Part shown: positions 50,093-64,000 of the stretch, in pieces
How the letters are laid out: each line of letters starts with the position of its first letter
Position numbering within the stretch: position 1 is the stretch's first letter
Assembly (NCBI GenBank): GCA_030770535.1
Contig: JASVEC010000013.1
Coordinates: forward strand, 124,001-188,000
Length of the DNA stretch: 64,000 bases
DNA from: Batkoa obscura
Lineage: Eukaryota
Reading direction: 5' to 3'
The notes under the pieces: generated by a model
The model's database searches: none
What the model was told of the DNA's origin: nothing
The model's input: only the letters and a program-made list of their open reading frames with translations
Translations under genes and position numbers: made by a program

Positions 50093-51127
50093 TGCTTTTA
50101 ATATATTGCTTTTAATATATTGCTTTTAAAACAAAATTAATATAGCAGCTTTGTATACTCGCTTCATTTTATTTTATGCCCAACCTTTTATGTTCCTTGA
50201 TTAGTACTAATGTATTAAAATATTGATAGATAGCCCATTTATGAATAGAGCATATTTTGTTGATATTTTTATAAATTGATACCAAACACATTGTTACTAA
50301 AGTTTTGGGTTGAGCCGGATATTAATAATTGACTAGTATGTTTTGTTTTCTGTTCTAATTCTGCCCCCTTTTCTTATTCTTTTATTTGGCCTGGACTGCT
50401 TACTGATTAAGCTAGCATCTTCAAACTTTTAATTGTAATAAAAATTTAGTTTTTTATTTAGAATTGGGTTTTAGTAAATTTAATTTAGCTATTTTTATAA
50501 AAAATCAATCGCCATTAACAATTATGCTACTTACGTTATTATTTCTATTTTCTTTACCCAAAATTTTGATTCAATCCATTTTAGATTTTGCTTTAAAATT
50601 TAAAACTAGTAAATAGAAAACGTACATTAGTTTTAATTGGGAAAAGTTAATTATTATTACACTAACCCTAATAAAATTTTAGGGTTATATGGGTTCCAAT
50701 CTTTGCTAAAATAATAATTGTTATAAAATTTTATTTGTACTAATATAAATTTAAGATCAGATTTAGATAAAAAAGTATAAGGAAAGCTTTTAAATTAAAA
50801 TATTATTAAAAAGATAATAAAACATATTTATATGAGTTATCTATAAATTATGTATATAGAAATACAATAAAAAAAGTATAAGCAAACGTATTAGGACGCT
50901 TCTATTACTAAATTAATTGTTGATTTATTTAAGTTTACATAAAATTAAAATATAGTTTTTATATTGTCGTATTCTAATACTACGGCTAATTAAAGACGTA
51001 AGCTATAGCTTAATATATTATATATTCGTTTGTCAATAGATTACATGTATTTGATGTGTTCCATTTAAGAAATAAGTGTAAACCTTTCATAAACAGAATA
51101 ATTAATTGTTTTAATTTGTTTTTTAAA

Positions 51128-51226
51128 TGGGGGTGTTTTTTTGTTTCGTTATTTTTTCCATTTTTTAAGCGTCATTTGAGCGGAAAGATTGTTAGTAAAA
51201 TCCTTAAACAAAAAAATACATCCCCA
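51128..51226 (+). mobile_element. MITE family A (AA rather than TA flanks)
   Basis: TGGGGGTGT...ACATCCCCA. Confidence 0.88.
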
Positions 51227-51261
51227 AATTATAAATAGATATTTGTTATAGCTTTTTACAA

Positions 51262-51366
51262 TACGGGGGTGTTTTTTTTGGTTTCATTATTTTTTCCATT
51301 TTTTAAGCGCTATTTGAGCGGAAAGGTTGTTAGTAAAATTCTCAAACAAAAAAATACACCCCCATA
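51262..51366 (+). mobile_element. MITE family A
   Basis: TA-CGGGGGTGT...ACACCCCCA-TA. Confidence 0.92.
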
Positions 51367-51887
51367 CTCACACATGCATTTTCAAGATAAAGGTAGAACA
51401 AAAAACAGCTTAAAATATTTATTGTTTAATTTAAATTAGATTAAATTAAATTATAATATAAGCTAGAAATAATAATTGTAGAATTTTAATGACTTTTAAA
51501 TGATTATATATATTCAAAACCTCTATTTATCGCTTTAACCTTCATAGTTCATGTTACTCTATTGTAAAATTAACTTTGATGAGTAAAAATAAGAATAAAT
51601 TCCACAAGCGAATATGTACAAATAAGTTTACAGATACATCTAAATATATATACTTTCATCCATTCCTGGTATTTGTAATAATCTTTGTTCTAAGTTGTGA
51701 ATTATTTTATTAATAAGGACTTTTTAAAAGATAAAGATTCAGGTTTTTAACTAAGTTTTCTCAATATAATACTAATATCGGAACTTCCAGCAGCTTATAT
51801 GGTAATAAAAATGTGGCTTATAAATGACCACCAACACAATAGTTGTAATTTTAAAAGGCGATAAAAAATACTTCTTAGAAGCCAGGA

Positions 51888-51992
51888 TATGAGGGTGTTT
51901 TTTTGGCTTCATTACTTTTTCCATTTTTCAAGCGCTATTTGAGCGGAAAGGCTGTTTGGTAGAATTCTTAAACAAAAAATTACATCCCCATA
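51888..51992 (+). mobile_element. MITE family A
   Basis: TA-TGAGGGTGT...ACATCCCCA-TA. Confidence 0.9.
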
Positions 51993-52749
51993 TCTATAAA
52001 TAGACCTGTTAAAGGAAAGTAGTAAAGTGTTTGCTTTCATAAAACAAAAGTGGAATAGAAGCTGAAATCGGAAACAGTTAATAGAAAAATTGACTTACAC
52101 CATATTAATCCAAAACATCTTTTTTATTATAAATTATAAGGCTCAATATTTATTTAACCTTAATATATATGAAAAAGGAAATTAAGGTTAGTGAGCAAGC
52201 TCATGTATTAGAGCATTCTATAAAAAGAAATATACTCTTACTAGATGGTTCATTTCACACTTATTTGGGCTACATCATTTTTCAATAACAATATAGAACA
52301 AATTAAAAGAATTTTGGAATTAAACTCAGAGCACATTCTATATTGGGTTTCCGGCATACTTATCTTATTGATAAAATTTTAAACCATATTTATTCAAACT
52401 TGAATATTTATTGAAAGGATTAAATTTTATAAATATTCACTTAAATATGAGCTATAGCTTTTTAAGAAAAGAAGCTTTAACCATTTAAGTTGTAATCCAT
52501 CTAATTGCTTTTAAAGTAAAAAGTTCTTTCAAACCTCTTAATGTATTACTATATGTTGTAGCTATCATATTTGATGCTATTACATATTACTTTTTGTTTA
52601 AGGAATATTAATTCTAATCAGAAAAATCCGATTTTTAAAAACCGTAATTTTAAGTTTCTTTTTAATTATTTATATTATAAAAAGTAAAACATCAAAAATA
52701 AATAGTGCAAATAAATACAAAATATTTTTTCTTTTATGTTAAACTCATT

Positions 52750-53250
52750 ATGGCCATTAAAGGAGCTGATTCAATATGCAACTGTATTTCAAATCTAAGT
52801 ACTTTTAATGATAGAATTGAACTATATCCCATGTTCAGTTCTTTATACAAAATATTGAGCGAAGTGAGCCCGCATCTAAACAACATTAACACTATCGAAT
52901 GCTTTGGATATGAAGTTATAGATACAGATATACATTTGGTTAATCATTATTATTTTATAAACAACAATGATATTACCTCCTCACTATGTAAACACGACCT
53001 TGAATTTTTGAAACAAAATTCAATGGTCCCATTTTATAAACTACCTCTTTTGATTGTGTGCTCATTAACCTTATGTCATTTGCCAACTCTAAATCTATAT
53101 CATCTTCTACCTATCTATTTAACTCGTATAAAAGATTTACTTGATCAGATAATTGCGTTATCTAATCATATAAAGCTAACGTTTACAAACCATTATTATA
53201 TCAATCTCTCGAATTTATTATGTTCGTTTATACTTCCTTATGTTCGCTAA
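52750..53250 (+). CDS. Hypothetical protein (~166 aa)
   Basis: Open frame from the first ATG (MAIKGADSICNC...) in very AT-rich DNA; no recognised motif. Confidence 0.4.
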   Translation: MAIKGADSICNCISNLSTFNDRIELYPMFSSLYKILSEVSPHLNNINTIECFGYEVIDTDIHLVNHYYFINNNDITSSLCKHDLEFLKQNSMVPFYKLPLLIVCSLTLCHLPTLNLYHLLPIYLTRIKDLLDQIIALSNHIKLTFTNHYYINLSNLLCSFILPYVR

Positions 53251-54399
53251 ATTTCGATAGCGATGTTAGTATTACTCAAATTATTTATACATGACTTTTA
53301 AATAAAAACGATACATTATTAAACATCTATATTATATTTTATTAAACTCAAAGGAACGAGTATGATATATATATACATAGTTTTTTTTTATATATCTAAG
53401 CTTCGAAGTTAAAGAAATTATTGCCAAGTTAACACCTATAATTAATACAAAAGATATCTTTGATGTTAAGCTATTTTTGAAAAACAAATAATACACTCAG
53501 GTAAATTCTATTACTGTGTATTAAAAAACAATCGAGGAAAGAGATAAAGGTGATGAAAAGCTTTGAGTCCTTCTGACCCTATTTAAAAAAACTTCTGCTG
53601 TGCTAGCTTTTTTAAGAACAATTGTCCATTCTAAATAAAATATAAACAGAACCGCCGACAAGCCAATTTATCCTCAACCAACCACAAGCTGTTGTTCATT
53701 TTTATCCCCATAAAAATTTGTAATGGCTAAGGGATTTTGGACCATCCTTTTATACTAGAAACTTTCTTCTGGTAACATCCTGGCTCTTTCAACTACTAGC
53801 ATAGCACTCTTCCAAATCTGGGTTGTTATATACAAAGCGGAATATAGATTTGCATGGTATAGCCTATCTAAATTCGAGGGTAGCCTTTTCATACTTGGGG
53901 ATTCTACTGCTTTAAGACCTAAAAAAATAAATACTGCTTACCCACGTATGCTTTATTTTTATACAAAAGTTACAAAAATTTTGATATCATAAAGTCTAAT
54001 TTAAACAATTAGTAATATTCATTTTATTTAATACATTATTTTTGATTAAATTTAAAGCAATTTTTGAGCTTTTTTGATATACTATAGTTATGATACCGCT
54101 CTTGTATAAAAAATGTCTAAACAATTAAATATTTGATTTAATCATTGACAACTGAATTCATTAAATAAAATATCGTATATTTTTTCAAACTTAATGTTAG
54201 TCAAATAGAACAAATAGAACAAATATAACAAATAAAAGCTTTAATATTTTTTTAAATATTATCACTACCTTTATTTTATTTTCAGAGACTATGAAACCAA
54301 CGAGTGTATAAAAAGGAGTAATCTAAAACCAAAAATGTGGGGTAAAAAATGATGGAAAGGTATATATAAAGCGAGAAATAAAAAAGAACAAAAAAAGAA

Positions 54400-56776
54400 A
54401 TGACAGATCAAAGTGAAATACAGAGTAGTAGTAAGATTTTTTTGGGGACAGCTGATAATTGTGAGAACTTATATCCTTTTGTTAGGGATTTATTATCGAA
54501 AGGATGAAGAAAGCATGAAGGAGTTACCCCACTTTCCAACCACTGTCTATGATGTGTTTATAAAAGGTAAGGTTCTACTTTTATTGTCCAAATTTAAATA
54601 GTGTAAATTATATTTCTTGGATTTCAGCTTTAAAAGAGGCTCCAAACGCCTCCTTTTTGGGAGAAAGGATTAGGAATGGGGATGAGTATTTAAACTACAG
54701 TTTCCAAACGTATCAGCAAATTTATCAAAGAGTTTTAAACTTCAGCTCTGGTCTTATGAATATGATCAATAACCATCAACTATATACCAATAAAGCAATA
54801 AAGAGTATTGGTATCTATAGCAATAATCGGATCGAATGGACTATCTCGGATTTAAGTTTCACGTTTCAAAATTTGACCTGTGTCGGAGTTTATAATACTT
54901 ATAGTAAAGAGCAGTTAGAATATATATTTCAGCATTCTGAGGTGGAGGTTTTGATTACAAACCAGGTAAATTTGCTCAAATTATTGAACTTAAAGGTTGA
55001 GTTGTTTGGTGTTAAGTTGTTGGTTAATATGGATTTTACGGACCCAAATCTGAACCTATGGGTGGAGCAGAGTTATGGAAGTAGTATTATATTGACGGAT
55101 TTTAAGGATGTGGAAGAGCTAGGTAAGTATAATATAGTGTAATTTTTAATAATATATATAAATAAATAAGGGAAAATAAAAAAATTACCGCTTAACCCAA
55201 GTAAAGAAGACAGTGTCTATACAATTTGCTATACTAGTGGTTCTACGGGTAATCCAAAAGGAGTAGTGAATACTCACCATAATTATACGTGTAGTTTGAT
55301 TACCAGTTATAGAGAATTTTCAAAATTAAAGTTGAAATCGAAAGTAAGTGAATGGTTATGATACATACTTTGAATTTAGACTTTCCACTATCTCATTAGG
55401 TATATTTCTCATATCTGCCCTTAGCGCATTGTTTTGAGCGTTCCACATTCATCACAATGATGCACTATAAAGTAGCGATTGGCTTCTACTCAGGCAACAT
55501 CAAAAACTTTTTAACTGATATAAGACAATTAAAACCCAGTATCTTAAATTGTGTGCCAGCCATACTGACTAAAATCTACGACCAGATACAATTCAATTTG
55601 AATCAAAACACTTACTCCGCACAGCTATTTAATAAGTTTGTTCAATATAAACTAGCAAACTACTATAATGGGCTTGGTGTTACTTCAGTTTATGATAACT
55701 TGTTTCTGACTAAAATTAAAGATGCTATAGGTGGTAATGTAAGGATTTTAGGCGTTGGCTCAGCCCCAATAGATAAAAGAGCTTTAGATGTGTTAAAAGT
55801 TTGTTTGGCAGTTAATATAAAGCAGGGTAATTCCATTAGTATATCTTAATAACAAAGAAATAATAACTGTCAGGCTATGGGTCAACAGAAACCTCGAGCT
55901 TGATTTCTGTCACAGATTTAGAGGATAAAGATTCAGGACATGTAGGGTTCCCAGGATTGCAGTAATTTGTAAATATGTAGCAACTAACTCAAACTAATTT
56001 TACAGAATCCAAGTAAAGCTAGTCGACGTACCTTCAATGAATTATTATGTTGGAGATAAGCCATATCCAAGAGGAGAAATTTTAGTTAAAGGGCCAAACG
56101 TATTTAAAGAATATTATAAAAACGCAGCTGCAACTAAAGAGGCCTTTGATGATGAAAATTGGTTTTATACAGGAGATATCGGCTGCTTTGATGACGAAAA
56201 TAGATTGTTTATTATTGACCGGAAGTCCAATATTTTCAAATTGGCTAATGGTAAGCACTATATTTGTAGTTTTAGTTTATCAAAGTAAAATATATACTAT
56301 TATTAGGTGAATTTATAAGCCCAGAAAGAATAGAAAATATTTTAAATCAACATGAGCTGATTGAACAGAGTGTTATTTATGGTAAAAAGGAAAGAAGGAA
56401 TGTGGTTGTATTAATTAAACCAGATATTGAAAAGCTTGAATTAAAATTCAAAAATCAGGATGAATATCAAATTAAACAAGCATTTTTAAATTCAATTAAA
56501 GAACATGGGCTGAAATTAGGTCTAAATAGGTAATATGATAATAATGAATTAATTATAAAAGTATTCTGATCTGGTTATTTATAGTTATGAGATACCAAAC
56601 AATATTATGCTTATAACGACTCCATTTACCATAGAAGGTGGGGAATTAACAGATAGGTAAACTATAATAATTATAATATAGTATAATGGTGATACTAATA
56701 AGTTCCTAGTTTTAAATTAAAAAGAAGCAATGTTTATAAAAAATATGAAAAGGAGCTTGATTCTCTTTATATCTAA
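54400..56776 (+). CDS. Long-chain fatty acyl-CoA synthetase, multi-exon
   Basis: TICYTSGSTGNPKG, SYLPLAHCFER, QGYGSTET, PRGEILVKGPNVFKEYYK, WFYTGDIG, IIDRKSNIFKLANGEFISPERIE. Confidence 0.93.
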
Positions 56777-56792
56777 TAAATTAGTCTAGTAT

Positions 56793-58391
<1,599 letters not shown>

Positions 58392-58486
58392 TGACAAAAT
58401 TGGTAAATTGGAAATAGAAAAACAAAAACAATTTTTCCTTTACTTTTTTATTTTGGTTCAATAACTTTAACTTATTTAAAAATACT

Positions 58487-60820
58487 ATGGAATTTAATGG
58501 CAGTGGGGGGAGTCAACATATTGACAATGAGACGGAAAGCCTTCTCAATTATATTACACTCAATTATACAAATGACAACAATAACTTGGTTGACCTGGAT
58601 TCTATCCAACTCAATGACGACGATGTTGAATTTCAAAGGATTCAAAGGAGAGAGATAGTACCAAGTAATATTACTGAGGCTAAGATTGATTTGAGTAGAG
58701 AAGACAGTAATAATCCTCAAAGTAATAGACTGAAACGGGCTGTAAGCTTATAGAGATTTAAAGTATCAGATAATTAATGTTAATTTTTTAGAGAGAGTAT
58801 GAAGAAGAAGACTCAAATACATGTTCGATATGTTACTCAGACTGGACCAACTCTGGAGAACATCAGATATGCTGCCTCCCTTGTGGCCATGTATTTGGCA
58901 AAAGGTAATGAAGTACTGCTTCAAAAAACTATAATTAATATTCCCACAGTTGTGTTAAACGTTGGTTTCAGACCAAAGCACTTGATCGTGGATTAAACTT
59001 AGCACCATGCCCCTTTTGTGGGTATAGTTTTTTTAATTTAAACTGAGGCCTTTATTAATTTCATTTAGTGTATATTACAAAGATAGAGAAATACGATCAT
59101 TGTATGTTAACAATCTCAAAGCGTTGGATGTAACTGAAAGAGATTCCGCCTTGAAAAAAGCAGAAATGGCAAGGACTCAAATAGAATTAGTGCAGAGTGA
59201 ATTGAACAAAGTGAAGCTAAGCAAAGACATGATAGAGGTAAATTAAATTAAATTAAATTGAACTAAATTAAAGAGCAAATAAAACTAAATGTTTTTTATT
59301 TAGAGGGAGTTATCTAAAGCACGTAAAGTTATTCAAGAATTAAATCGGTAGCTTTTTTATTTTTATTAATTTATTTTATTTATTGTTACAGAAAAGTTGC
59401 AAACTGCCGATCTTTTGGTGATATAATACCAACAGATATTATTGAAGTAGATAGTGTGGCTATAATTTCACCTTATGAGATCATTATACCAAGTAAACAT
59501 AAAGGTCTAAGTAATACTATTTTTAGGTTTAAAGCAAAAGTTGAGATATCCAATGAAGTAAGAGTAAAAATCATAAGCATATGATAATCGGTTCTAATTA
59601 TTATCTAGTCAAATATCACAAGGGTAATGGATGTTAGTAATAATGAAAAAATAATATTTGTTGGGCGTAAATTTGATCCAACGAATTTTGGTATCACTAC
59701 CATCAAATTAAACCAAACCAATGTACAGTTTTCTTATCGCTTACATAATAGTCAATTGAGAGATATTAAAACTCAAGAAAGTGGAACTGTCATTCATTTA
59801 TTGACAGTGTCCTTCGATAGCACCATGGTCTTAAGCAACCCTATGGAACAAAAAATCAACCATAAATTTAAGCTACCAGGCCAAGGATGGTCGTGTTGTT
59901 TTAATTCAAAGCAAAGACATTTTATTTATGCGGGGTGCGGCAACTCAAAGATAGTGGAGTTTGATTACAATTCAATTTTATGCCAAGAGCCTACCCGAAT
60001 ATTGCATTTCCCCGAAATCACAAGCCAGGCGCCAATTCATTCTTTATATTTTGTTGAGCTCAACCAACTCGAGTATTTGATTGGTGCTAATATTGATGGG
60101 GTTTACTTATGGGATTTAAATTTTGAAGGGGACATTAATTATAATAACCACTATAATGCGACTAGATTATGTAAAAAAATCATTGATAGAAAGGACCCAA
60201 ATTGTTCATGCTACTCATTAACATACGACCATGAAAAGAAAATGGTTTTGGCTTCATTTCGGGATTCAACGTTAAAAACAACAAATCATATTATTGGTAA
60301 GTTAATGTTTAATAGGCATAGTAGTGTATTGAGTATCACTTCCATGGTGAATATTACCAACCATTTAGATGAAATTCATTTTAACAAAGTAGCTGATCTC
60401 AAGGGTTACTTTCAGGAGACCTCTATGCCCAAAACGTATTTATTTTTTACCGATTATGCTTATTTTTGTGCTAGAGATGAATTGAAAAAAGAAGTAAGTA
60501 ATATGATAACTACAGTAAGATGGCGTTAAAATTAAAATTACTAGATTTTAATCTATAGATTACCAGCTATCGAAGATGGTAATAGTCATACCGTAATTGA
60601 TGAAGAACAAGTCGAGCCTATAAAATTTGTGTTAAAAAACGACATATTTGAACAAATGGGGGCTATTTTAGACTTTAAATTTTTCAAGAGTGAGGATAGC
60701 GAAAGTATCCCATTATTATTAATTTTAACCTCTAACTCAATTTTGCTTTTTGAATATGTGAATTCAACTTTTAATTTAAAAACTTCAATCCAAAAGAATA
60801 CGCCCATTTTTGTATCTTAA
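58487..60820 (+). CDS. RFWD3-like RING + WD40 E3 ubiquitin ligase, multi-exon
   Basis: TCSICYSDWTNSGEHQICCLPCGHVFG..CVKRW..CPFC, coiled coil, then WD40 region (GWSCCFN, IYAG, PIHSL). Confidence 0.85.
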
Positions 60821-60832
60821 TAAAAATTAAAA

Positions 60833-62424
60833 TTAAAGTTTATTTAAACTGTGATTCTTAGTTAAAGGTAAATATTTCTTATACAAAAATAGCACACAGC
60901 TTGTTCCAATACCAACATTGTGTTGAAGCGCTAACTTGGGATTAGGTACTTGGCGTTCAGGTTCTACTTTAGATCTTAATTGATTACAAAGCTCATAGCA
61001 CTGAGCTAAACCTGTAGCACCTAACGGATGACCTTTGGAAACCAGGCCGCCAGAGGGATTAACAACCACTTGATTTTTGAACTGCATCAATCTGCCTTTG
61101 CCTTTACATTGGATCATTTTCATCTCCTCCATAACCAATTTCTCCGCCTTACCTTCATCACATAAGCCGAGTGCCTCATACAATAAAAATTCGTTTGGCG
61201 TAAAGCAGTCATGTAATTCAATCACTGAAACATCTTTGATAGAATATTGATTTTGTCTTTTGAAAATTCTGTCAACTCCTTCTTTAGCTAAGTTGAGTCC
61301 AACAATATTTGCAAAAGAGTCATTGAAATTTGCAGTATCACTCAACATTTCCATGTCTAAAATTTCCACCGCTTTTTCTTTAAGATGGGGATTTTTATTT
61401 AAGTAACTTTCAGAAACCAAGACGGCTGCTGCACCACCATCAGCCTAAAAAGAATTTAATTAAAAATCGCAACAAGCAAATTGAAACTTACAGTAGGCCC
61501 AGCCATTGCAGAGTAAATTAAATCCGTTAGTTGCATCTTAGGATTTGTAATCTGCTCATAGGTAAACTCTTGATTGAAACATGCCTTTGCGTTATAAACT
61601 GAATGTAGATGATTTTTGTGTGCTATTTTTGTTAACACTTCTTTGGATACACTGTATTTGCGCATATACTCTAAACCAGCGGAAGTGAACATAGTCATGG
61701 CTCCACCAGTCATTTCATTTAATTTGGGATGTTTGTTGATTGGAGGTAAGTTTAATTTTTCGATCAAATCATCATGAGCCAAGTGATGGGGTGCAGTTGG
61801 CTGTGGGAAGTTAGGGTATTTCATGGAAAGGCCACGCTAAAATAAAAATAAACTTTAAAAACTAACGTTTGCTATGATTGCTTACTTCCATTTTCTCAAA
61901 CCCTTTAAAAAATAAATTAATAGGAATAGCTTGATTTCACCTACTTTTATACTTACCAAACGCTAGTACGCACTCCTTCCCAGACTTTAAAAAGGTATTT
62001 GCTAAATATAAGGCGCTTGAGCCTGAGGAACAATTACTATTCACATTGAATACAGGTATCCCTGTGAGCCCCACTTCTATTAATTTTGTTGTAAGCATCC
62101 TTTAATAAAGTGTAAAATTTCCTGCACTTACCTCTCAAACCTCGATGACCACAGCAAGAGTCACCGTAACAATAAGAGGCAACAGCAGCCTCGATATCAT
62201 TGATGCTCAAATCGCCATCTTTTAATGCTTCTTCTATCGCCTCTTTTGCGATTTCTAATGAAAAGCTCTAGTTAATCAGTTGGTTATTTAGTTAAAAATA
62301 CCTGGATACTCCCAATCTTCACGCTTCCCAAAGCGTTCAAACCTGGCATGATTTAGCTCTTGTATATAAAGTTTATATGTTTTTACTTCGTCATACCCAC
62401 TCCAATTACAAACGTACGTGTCAT
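60833..62424 (-). CDS. SCP2/SCPx-type thiolase without SCP2 domain, PTS1-like NKL end, multi-exon
   Basis: MTRTFVIGVGMTK, YCYGDSCCG, NVNSNCSSGSSAL, DGGAAAVL, IELHDCF, NPSGGLVSKGHPLGATG, LQHNVG. Confidence 0.93.
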
Positions 62425-62971
62425 TATGAATCTTTCAGTTGTATTTTTTGATAAAAATATTAAAACTGTAGTTCATTTTTCTGACACATTTCTATTTCAA
62501 ATGGCTGATGACTTCATCATGGTTGAAAATTTAAACTTCTTATTGGTCAAAAGTGGGGCTGTGACTATTATTTTTCAAATGTTGAAATAGCATGACTCTT
62601 AAAGCTAGGGAGGCAAATTATTCTTGAAATACTAGTTCTTTTGGTCTTAGTTCATGACTTTATAATAGCTGAAGGGCGTCTTTTTATTTATGAATACTAA
62701 ATTAAGCTTAAAAAGGGTTGTTTTGGGACAAATATACGCTTTTCAAAGTTAGAGTTTTACTTTATCAACTTCCAATTGAAAATTAGGTCCATTTTAACCT
62801 TTTTTGGACCAATTTTCATTCATTGGCTCGACATGTAAAAGCTAACTATAATTGGTTTAGCCTGAGTTTTAAAAGGAATTACCTTTTAATTCACTCAATT
62901 TTTAATATCATTTTAAAGAACACACTTTTTATCTACTGACATTAAACCAGACGATTTTTTAACACACAGCA

Positions 62972-64000
62972 ATGAGCAATAACTACTGGGAAGCCAAAGA
63001 CAATGAACTAGAGAAAGAAGAAAGCGTTAAGGAAATTGTAGATTTGAAAAATGTGGATTTAAAAGTCTCCAGAGTAGCACAGCTAGACGCTGATTTATTA
63101 GATAATGAATTGAAAGAGATTTTATCAACGAAGCTGTTTACTGCAGTTTCATTGTTTAAGGTAACCGATTAATAGAGTTTGTAAAGTTTAAAACGAATAG
63201 CTTTGTTTTTTATAGAGTGATATCAAAACTATGTATGAGCCGGAATTGGTTTTAGGGCTTCAAAGTGTTTTATTTTATTTTTCTTTCCGTGGTAAGTTTA
63301 AAGCTAGTTACGGTGCCATGTTGCAAAACCTGAGGTTTCAAAATGATTTTTCACGTAAAATTAATTTATTTGATCACATCTTTTTTATTTATTTTTGCTT
63401 CAGCTAAAAATTTTACTACCACTTCGATTTCGGACCCCACTTTATTACAAGTATCACTCTATGGCGCATTAACGATTGGTGGCCAATATCTCTGGAGTAA
63501 GTGGTTAAACTCTGGAGTAGGTGGAGGGTGGGGAGATGAAGTTAATAGTCATACTATAAAGTACAAAATTTATAAGGCTATAAGTTCCTTAGAGAAATGG
63601 GTCAAATTGATCAACTTAATTCATTTTTTACATTTTATTTATAACGGAAGGTAAGTTTTACTTTACTGTCTTGGTTTTAAAATATATTTATTTTATTTAG
63701 ATATCGAGGTATTATTGAAAGAATACTTGGTCTAAGGTTAGTACCAGCCAGAAAAGCAGGCATAAGGCAGTTAAATTTTGAGTTTTTAAATCGACAAATG
63801 GTGTGGGATGGGTTTGCAGAATTTTTGTTGTTCATAGCTCCCTTAATTAATCTACCAAAGTTGAGTAACAAGCTGAAAAAGATCTTGTTCAAGTTTGGAG
63901 GTAATGAAAAAGAAGGCATGTATTCAGTGGAAAACCAAAAGATATTAAGTGAGTTACCAACATCCACGTGTGCGTATTGCTATTATTACAAAAACTTGGA
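62972..64000 (+). CDS. PEX2: Peroxin Pex2 (runs off the window end)
   Basis: RVAQLDADLLDNEL, ASYGAMLQNLRF, LNFEFLNRQMVWDGFAEFLLF, start of RING TCAYCY. Confidence 0.92.

Noticed and set aside
50094..50129. 14-bp tandem repeat GCTTTTAATATATT (x2.5) after the DBF4 stop
   Set aside because: Simple slippage duplication with no evidence of function.
7688..51992. Dispersed repeats as a CRISPR-like array
   Set aside because: Irregular spacing, both orientations, TIRs with TA flanks and a eukaryotic context.

Overview
Very AT-rich, intron-rich eukaryotic DNA. Gene content and short GT-AG introns point to a fungus, probably an early-diverging lineage (inference). The window holds about 21 protein genes: NDUFA9-like, two Cdc25/Ych1-like rhodanese phosphatases, a bHLH and a Zn2Cys6 transcription factor, phosphoglucomutase, 3-hydroxybutyryl-CoA dehydrogenase, a kelch-like membrane protein, a DPH6-like ATPase, GGC1, NOP56, a GPCR, eIF3a, DBF4, an acyl-CoA synthetase, ATE1, RFWD3-like, an SCP2-type thiolase, PEX2 and several unknowns. 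There is also one tRNA-Leu(CAA). Compact housekeeping blocks alternate with gene-poor tracts carrying 14 copies of a ~105-bp TA-flanked MITE, a second MITE type, two solo LTRs and a long-TIR element. The main find, missed by the ORF track, is a cluster of eight paralogous ~41-45-codon secreted-peptide genes and pseudogenes between 7.3 and 20.7 kb (M-N-F-x-L-I signal peptide, N-A-Y-L, C-terminal G/D/R-H-W-x-stop). One copy is fully intact, and two divergent copies carry TGA exactly at the conserved Trp. The four left copies are on + and the four right copies on -, which fits a MITE-bounded inversion. Exon boundaries were read by eye and are approximate.
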